From: Caecitellus pseudoparvulus
Taxonomy: Eukaryota > Protista > Bigyra: Bicosoecida
DNA: 64,000 nt
NCBI GenBank assembly: GCA_965644315.1
Contig: CBFFRQ010000017.1
Span: forward strand, 143,860-207,859
Direction of reading: 5' to 3'
The translations under genes and the position numbers were made by a program. Positions 24,401 through 33,400 of this stretch are shown here, one piece after another (within the stretch, counting starts at the first letter, position 1; each line of letters begins with the position of its first letter). The notes beneath the pieces are model-generated. The model was not told the DNA's origin, did not search any database, and was given only the letters and a program-made list of their open reading frames with translations.

Positions 24401-27400
24401 TGGCGAAGCTTTCCTTCAAGCTGTCAGCCAGCAGCGCGACGGCGACTGCTTTGCAGAGACGCTGGCCGCGTTGCTCCCGGGCGGTTCTGGCACCCCGCAA
24501 GTTCCCGGGCCGGCTCAACGTGCCCTGCTGCGCGCCGCGCTTCGTCGAGCGCAGATCCCGCTGGGCTTTGCGCTGACACTTCCTCAACCTGGACTGCAAC
24601 CCGCTCCACCAGCGTATGGATTCATCTCGTCTCTCTTTCTCACACAGCGCCCGGTCCTGTGGGCCTCAGCTGCGTCTGCTCAGCTGCCGCTTCCCGCACC
24701 CTGCAGCACTTCATCGCAAGACAGCGAAAAGCGTGGAACCGTCATTCTGCGCATTCAAGCCAGGGACGCAACGGAAGAACAGCTGCACACGGCTCGACAG
24801 GTCCCTGTCGCAAGTAACACCTGGTCGGGCCTTGCGCCAGGCGGGGCTTGTGTGGGCTTGGCTTCTGAGTCCTCAGGCCTGCTCACGTGGATGTCCGAAG
24901 CAGTCCTGGCACATGAAGCTTGGTGTGAGGAGCCAGTTCTTCGCTCTCGCTTGGCGCGCTGCATTGTGTGCCCCACACAGGGGCTGAATAGTGCCCACGC
25001 TTCGCTGCACACGACTGGGACTGCCGAGGTGCAGCACATCTCATTCGGTCGTTTTCGTGAGCCCCCGATGGCACCAAGTGTCCCAGCGCACCTGGATCAC
25101 GTCGGGCACCTCCCGTCTGAGCACCTCTTTGCGTATGCGTCCCTTCTCACGGAACAGGACAAACAAGGGCTTGCGACTCTGCTGCCCCTCACCAGCCTCG
25201 ATGACCCAGCGCTTCTCGACGTTGACGACAAGACGTTGCCTTGGAGCTACGTCCTGCGCCACGCACATGTACGCTGTACAGAGGCATCCGTGTCCCTGTC
25301 CCTTTCCTCTCGAGCCGGCCCGAGCGGCGGTGTTGCGGGCGGCGCCATGCCAACCTGGCGACAGGCACAGGCCGCCCCGTTTCTTGCAGCGAGGTTGCTG
25401 GACGCCAAGCTCCTGGTGCAGCAACTTAAGGCACAGCACTTGCGAGGAAAGGTGTCGGTAGCAAGCATCGAGGTCGAGCAGGATGCGTCAGGACTCCGCA
25501 TGCGGCACGAACGGCCTGTCTGGGATGCGCTTCAGACTGCGGTAGAGCAGGATGGCGGGTCCTTTGCGTCGGCGGTGGGGCGCATTAAGTCCACAACTGC
25601 TGCACTGGGGCCCTCCAGCCCTACCGAGCAGTTGCTGGCAACCTTGTTTGCGATCGTGGACCCCCCCGAGGCATCTGCAGTCCACAGCCGCCCTCCTTGG
25701 CTGTTGCCGCGTGACACCTGCCAGCCCTGCCACAACCCACCTCCTTCACCCTGGGAGGGCACCTCTTCACTGCTGAGTTGGCTGTGTGCTTACATTCGCT
25801 TCTTGCTCAAGCCACCTTGCGGCGAAGCCCCCGCCTTGACGCCTGCTGTCTTGCTTACGTTGTGGATGAGTGCCCATTCCACTGCTCTGCCTAGTGCAGC
25901 ATTACCACGAACTGTCCTTGCGTTGGAGGAAGCTTGCCAAGTTGAACCACCTACGCTGTTCCAACACGCCCCGCCCACGATAAGGGGCTCCCGGCCCGAC
26001 TCCCCCTTTGCGCTATTTCTCCACAAGCGGGTGTTACAGCGCCTGCTCACCGGCACGCCACCCGCGCAGGATCTCCGGGAGCTGCAAGTGGGGGAGTTGT
26101 CACGTGCGCACCAAGTGGCTGCCTGGATGCGGGAAACCGTGCAGCACGCTCACAAGGAGGCAATCGCAGATTTTTTCTCCGGGTGCCCATCGTTTGATGC
26201 GATTCTCCTGGACGATGAGTTCGTTCAGTACCTATTTGCGTACGCGAGCAGCGTTGCGGAGCACGAGGAGGAAGCCCACGACGTGGTCCCGCCCCAAGCC
26301 CTAGCTCCGGCGCTGCGGTTTTGGAGGGATTTGATGCTGCTTGAGCGGGGTTTGAAAGTCCATGCGAACGCGCAGCTACAACCGGTGTGTGCCCTGCTTA
26401 CTTCCCACCAGGAGACGGTTCAGTACGTGAAGGCTCTCTTCGCGGGGTACGTGGGTGGCACGGCAGTGAGCCAGACCACCCAAGCACATCAGCCGGTCAC
26501 GCAGCCTGCAAAGCCTTCCTGGTCCACGTGGCTGTGGGGGACTGGAGTCGCCGCTCCACGTCTTTCCAGTGCGCAAGGCCCCATGTCCACGGGCCACCTC
26601 ACGCCACTGGCAGCCTGGCTTGGCAAGTCGGAGGATGGTGAGAGTGCCTTGAGGTCCCTCAGCGATCACCTGTGGGGTTCTGCCGATGAGGTCCGGGCGA
26701 CGACTTCATCTGGTCCCAGCGCCCTCCTAGGGCACCAGCTTGTGTCAGAATGGTGTCGGCCGCTGCACAACTTGCTGCGTCGGCTGTTGGATGTCCACTT
26801 GCTCCCGCGGTTCGTCGCCGACACCTGGCATCCAGAGCATGGCTGTTTCCGGCAGCTGGAGGCAGCCATTGCGCCGGGCGCACTCCTGCAAGGGGTAGCC
26901 CGTGCAAAAGCAGGCAAGCTGGCGACGGCTTGTGGGGCACTGAACAGCCTGCATGCTCGCCAACGACCTGACATTCTGCCAGGGCTCATGTGGGGCGGAG
27001 CCCGGCTTCGCGTTCAAGACGACGGCGGCTGGAAAGACGCCGCCCAGTTTTTGTCCCTCTCTGTCTCAGGGATGGCAAGCGACCCAATTCCTGCAGTCAA
27101 TCTGCACTTTGAGCACTGCAAGACTGGAGTTCCGGCCGAGCAGTACTCTGGACTGTCCAGCCCGCGCACGCCTGCCCAGGAGAGTGACATGCAGCGGCAC
27201 GAGCTGGAAATTTTACAGGAGCAGTTGACTGAGCTGCCTCGCATTGAACCTTTAACATCTGAGTTCGGCTTGGGGCGGGTGCTTGTGGAGGGTGCTGCTG
27301 CGATGTTAGCGTGGGAATCACAGGAGGGCGCGGCGTCCGGGGTGGTGGCTGCAGAAGCACCCTCTTCAACGACAGTGTTCTGCCACATAGATGCAGAGGG

Positions 27401-30400
27401 AACAGCACTCAGTATTCGGCATCGCCCAGATGATGATGCTCCGTTTAAGAGCCTTCCGCTTCACCACCACTGCCGAGTACTCTTGCCAGCCGAGGTGCCA
27501 GTTGGAGCGGAACAAGCTGCCGTAGGCGGGGGCCCTGCATCCCCAGCATTCGCCGCAATTTTGGCATGGGTCACAGCCTTTGGGCAGCGGGGGGGCTTCA
27601 AAAGTGTTCCCGATGGATTTTTGACACGTGGACTGCTTTTCCTGTCTGTGCCCATGCACGGAGCCCCTCGCAGCTCGGACGTGCAGTGCCAGGTGCTGCA
27701 GCTTCCGTCGGAAAGCAGCAGAGATGCATTCCACTTGGCAGCAAAGCACAGCATTTTATCTCACCTCGTGCAGCACGCTCGGGCAGAGGCGCTCAGTCTC
27801 TCGCGTGGCGATGTAGGCCATGACCTCCTCCAGCAGCTGCAGCCGTCGCTGTGCGCCTTTGAAGGCGAGACAAAGTCACACCTAGCATCGTGCTTCAATG
27901 AGGATTTGCCAAGTGTGCAAGGCGAGCTGTCACCTAGTGCTCTAGACCATGGTAAGGTGCAAGTTCCTTCTCGCAGCTTGCTGCACACATCGGCCGACAC
28001 CCTGGAGCTGGCGCTGTCGCCTGCAGAGGTGCCGGGCCTGCCTTCCACCGCACGGCTCAACCTTGCAGGGGCCCTGCCCTGTGCAGAATGTCCACCAAAA
28101 CAGGGTTTTCAAACCGCGCATTTATCAGTGGGCCTCATTCACATTTGCTTGCACCCCGCAGCGGCGGGTTCGCTGCTGTCGGAGTTTTTGCATGCAAGGC
28201 CATACTTGGCAGCCGCCTACGTTGGACACTTGTCCCTTCTGCCGCCAAGCTCTAGGCAGTCCGATGTTGCGCTGGCCAGTAGCATCCAGGCGATGAAGCA
28301 GACCAGGTCACTCCGCCGAGAGTACCGTAAGCGGGTCTTGGATTGTGCGATGCGATCGTGTGTGCCTCAGGGTGTGGGGCAGATGCACGACCGCGCTGCC
28401 GTCAAACGTGACTTGCTCAGGCAAAACTACCGCCGCGCAGACAATTTCATTCCAGAGCAAGAGGGTCATGAAGTCCATCACGCGGCCTCCCTTGAAGAGG
28501 GAGTGAGCGATGCTCGTGTGTCTGTTTGGGTGGCCGGACTGGAGTTGGCCCTGCCGGCCACCGCGGCTCGAGTGCCTCGTGGTGCCCCGGGTACAAGCCG
28601 CGAAGTTGACTTGGACTGCACTGTCGTTCAGTCCGAGGTGAGTCCAAGGCCGGGCTGGGTTCATTCCCTCCCCGCCCTGGACGTGGTCATGCTGCGCATG
28701 AGTGGTGTGCAGGCTGGGACATTCACGGGCGCCCATGTGGGTGCTCAGATTCAACGAGTTGACGTGTCCCTGGTCACCTTGATGGATGCTGCTTGTGCAA
28801 GTGCAGGTCGACTTGGAAGCGTGGCTCAGGGGGCGCCCAACCTTGATCGCTGGGCGCCGGTCATGAGAGCCGTGTCAAGCTGCGCTCTCCGTGCCTGCTT
28901 GCTGCAGGACACACCCCTGCTCTCGCTTCGGAAAGGGGCAGGAGTTCAGCTGTATGGGGTGGATGAAAGCCAGGTCATCCTTGGGTCCATCGACGTGTTT
29001 GCCGTCCCAGCCTGCGCTCCGGAGCTGCTCGGTATTCGTGCTGCCTGGCAACACCTTCACCACATTTGGGTGGAGGTGGAGGCTGCATCCCAGCAACTCC
29101 AGCTGCGCAGTGGGAACACAACTCATTCAGGCGCGTCAGGGGAGTCAATGCCACCCGAGCCCCATGGGCAGAGTCCGTGGAGGCTGTCCGTGACACTGGA
29201 TGCATGCCACTTGCACCTGCTTGCGCGGGGAGCAGGACCTGGCTGCCAAGCAGCCTCTGGTGAGGGCTTGACGGCGGAATGCGCTTCTTCTTTGATATGT
29301 TGCACTCCTGAGTGTGCTTGCTTGTTCACGCTTGGCTTGCTGGGTTCGCGAGCGCTGGTGGAGTTGCCAAGCCTAGCGGCACCGCAGCACCCCATGAGCC
29401 TGTCTGGCATGGCGAAGGCCCTCAACCACGTGCACCCACCAGGGTTCTCGCCACGAAAGGCTTCTTCGACAGCGCTTCTGTCACGCATGGAAGTGGGCGG
29501 CTTGGTGGGTGTGTGTTTTCCAGGGCTGCTCTCAGGCTCAGGGGCTGAGGCGTTGCACAGGCAAGCCACTCCCCAGAAAGACATGCCGTATGCCCCGTGG
29601 GATTCAGATATGAAGAGCGTAGCGTGCATGTCCCACGAAAACAACTCTCCGCACCTTGTCGTCCAGTGTGGCAGCGGTAAGCGGCGGGCGGGGAAAGCTG
29701 CCTTGCTCACTCTGCAGCAGACCACCTCCAGTGCGTCGGCAGAAGGGCAGTGTGCCACATGCTGCACCACGCAAGTGGGACCAGTGGCACAGCACCACCA
29801 GCCTCATCACGGCCGAGCAGCAACGTGGGCTGCGAGCAAAGCGGCTGCCTCTGCGCTGGCAGCGCTGGACGAGGACTCGCCAACCCCTGACACGCCCGTC
29901 GATTCCGTACACCCAACTGAGGATGTCAGTGTGCACTTGCGTGCCTTCAGCACAGACCTCCCTCAGCATGACGTTCGCAGGGGGGTTTCCATCGACATTA
30001 ATCACGTTCACGTGCTCCCCTCTGCCATGCTTGTGCAGGGCATGTCGACCCTTGTGGGGAGTCTGCAAGGCTGCATCCGCGCGCAAGCAGCCCAGCGCGG
30101 CGAGGACGGCGCCCGGGAGCTTAGCTTTGTTCGCGCCTGGTGCACAGCGCTCATGCGAATGTCATCAGAAGAAAAGCGCACCGAGGATGAGGCACTTGGG
30201 TCGCGACGTTCGCGTCAAGGTGCCACTTGTGCCCTGCCGCTCCAAGTGGTCACTGAGCTGCTAGTGGTGTCTGGCTCGGTCGCTGGTGTGCATGGGCGCC
30301 TGACACACGACTGTGCCATGTTGGCAGGGATTTCATGTGGCCAGCTGTCTTTTCGGGCAAGCAAAGGCAGTGTTGTGGAGGACATTGTCTGTGTCCCTCT

Positions 30401-33400
30401 GTCAGGGCCGGTGTTTGAATCCGAGCAAGCCCAGGCGACGGTGCAGCGAGAGCTCCTGAGATTATTCGACGGAAAGGGCAGTATACAAGTGCACCATACG
30501 TCAAGACGATCAGGTGCATGGCGGTGTGTGGGGGCAATCGATGGGGACTTGAGTATCACCCTTTGCCGACCCGAGCTGTTCATGCTGGCGTGGACGTTTT
30601 CCGACGGAGACACACGTGACCCGTTGAGGCGAGGCGGACAGTGGCTGCCGCACATGATACCTTTCTCTGCATACTGCCACCCCCTGCTCGCGGCCCGGTT
30701 CTCCAGAGAGTGCGCTTCAAGACCATCTGATGCTGTCTGGAGCAAAGCGATGCTGCCCGCCGTTTCCACTGCGTTGCGTGGGCAGAGTGCTGTTGGCCTG
30801 CGCCCCGTCCACCCCGCGCGAGGCTGGGCTGCCATGCCGCACCCCCTTCTTGTCCCAACTGACACTGAGTCAGCGGACCCTTCGCACTGGTGGAGTGGCG
30901 TTCCTGGTGGAGTCGTGCAATTGAAGGTCGGTGACATCTTGCTCAGCGCGTCGCATGCTTCTCCGGAGTCAATCTCAGATGGGCTGCCCGCCCCCAGGGA
31001 GCCCCTTCACCATGCCTGGCAAGATATCAATGCGGCCCTCACGGAGCGGGCATTCTCCTTGGAGCCTGAGCTGCCCCTGCTGTTGACTGATGTGGAGGCT
31101 GTGTGCGGGCGGGTGTCCGTGGATGTCGAGCAGGATATCAGCGTCTTGCCATGGGACGTACTCAGCGCAGTGTACGCCAGCGATGGATACGGCTTGGGAA
31201 GCAGCCGTGCTGGTGACAGGGCAACCGGCTGGATGTGGATTCGAGGCTTTAGCTCTCACATGGAACACGTGGCTCCCGTGCTCGCGGTCACTGACGGCGC
31301 CGATGTGGAGGCGGTCATGGGACCTCAGCTGCACCCTCATGCAGGGTTTGGCGGCCGGCGACACGCTGTGAAAGTCACATCTCTTGTCGTGCAGCCCATC
31401 CCAGTGAGTGCGGAGAGTGACGAGGCGTCCGCCACGCAGCAGAGTCCAGCACAGGCGTCCACAACGGTGCAGGCGCTGCACATGCACACAACTGCAGATG
31501 CGCTGGCTGTACGGCAGGTCATGCACGTAGGCAAGCTAGTCCCTCGGGTGCTCGCGCAGCTATCACAACAGATGTGTTCCACTGGCCCCTGCCCCGACTT
31601 TGTATCGTGGGTTCGGGGGGATGCGAGGCAGCTGGACAGTGTCGCAGCACGATTGGATGCGTTGACCCACGAGAGTGGGCGGGACCGTTCAGCCTCGGAC
31701 ACCTCAATTGGGGAACGTGATCATTCTGGCGGGGGGGACTCTGACGCATTCACACAAATCGGCACGCAGCCAGGCTCTGACAGCCTCTGGGGCGCCGCTG
31801 CGGGGTCGGAGGCAAGCCCGACAGCCTCCCTGCAAGGTTCAGTAGCTGAGCCTGAGACAGGCAAGGGTGGAGCTCCACTGGAATCCCTGGAAGCAGAGAC
31901 GTTCGTGACACTACAAGCTGAAACTCTCTTGGTAGATGTGCAGTGCCTCGCCTCGGGCGTGCAGCGGTTCTGGGGAGCGCCGCCTCCTTTGCCGGTGATG
32001 CGTGTTGCGCACGACATTCACAGGAGCGTCGCTGCAGGACGACCAGATTTGAAGGGCGACCAATCACCATATTTTCAAGACGCGCTGGACATCTGGCCTT
32101 GCCTTGAAGACAATTACAGGTGGTGTGCAAGGGCCGACTGTTCGCGGCTGGCCTGGCTGCACGACTTTGCGCGAGGTGTCGTGGCACCCCACACGCAAGT
32201 TATCATGTACAACGCCAGCGCTGGCTGTAAACTTAACCCGCTTCGACACCAGGATGTGTGGAAGACGTCCCGTGAAGCCCAGCGGGGTTCGGTGAGCATG
32301 ATGGAGTGCGAGCTGGGCACTGCAGCCATGTTCGTGGGCCTCGTCGCGCCCAGCCCCTTGTTGCAGCCTGTCTTGGGGCTCGTGCCCGAGCACGAAGCGT
32401 TCACGCATTTGCATGCACAACGTGACAACACAGCTCACCTGTGGCCACAGGAGCCAGCCTGGAGGCATGGCGTCCCGCGAGCCGCAGTTGGCGGTGCTGT
32501 CGGCGCGTTGCATGAAGCAGCCGCTGGCAGATGGGGGGATGCAGTTGGTACACCGTGCCCGCCAGGCATGAGCCCCACAAGGTACATTGTGTACCCCCAT
32601 TGGTGGAGGCCGGGCAGCGCCTTGCCCACGCATGTGTACTCGCTGAACAGCCCACATTGGTGGGCCAGGGCCCTGTCCAAACACGCGGGGGCTTCTGCGT
32701 GGGGAAGGGAGGTGCTGCAGGCGCTGACTGATGGCGATGTGCACACCCTTGACAGCTTCCAGCAACAGCGTGAAGAAGCTGGTGACACTTGGCAGCCACC
32801 TCGCAGCGTGGCCGCCACAGCCGAACTTGCTTGGGCTGGGCACACTGCGCACCGCAGCACGGCGAGCCTCCTGCGCGGTTCCTTGCAGCAGCAGCTTCAC
32901 ACCCTCGCCACTGGGCACCAACTCCATGTTCACAGCAGCACTGGCAGTGGCATGTGGAGCCCAACACCCAACCTTGGTGGTGAGGCGGAGCTGCTGGACA
33001 CCGGCATGGACAGCGAGGAAGTGCAGGTGGGGGAAACATTTTTTGCGCTGCAGGTGCCCGTCGTGACGAGCTCCCCCTTCCAAGTGAGTATGCCGCGCGA
33101 AGGTGGGCAGCCTCATCACCTGGCAGGTGTCAGTCCTTTGGCACAGCTTGCTGTTCAAGCTGTGCGGCGCGAGCAGACCCGTCAGTTTTTCTTGTACATG
33201 GCGCCCCGTCTGGAGAACTGTCTGCAAGTTACGGCGATCGTCCCAATGGATCCCTGGAAGTCGGACGTGTCTGAGCCTACTTCATCTTCTCTGCCTCCCA
33301 CCCTATCACGTGAAAGCGCCGAGTGGATTCAGAGCTGGCTGCAGCAGTGCGAGAGTCGGCTTGGGCCGTGTGGTGCATACGGCCCGCTGTGGGTGTGGGG

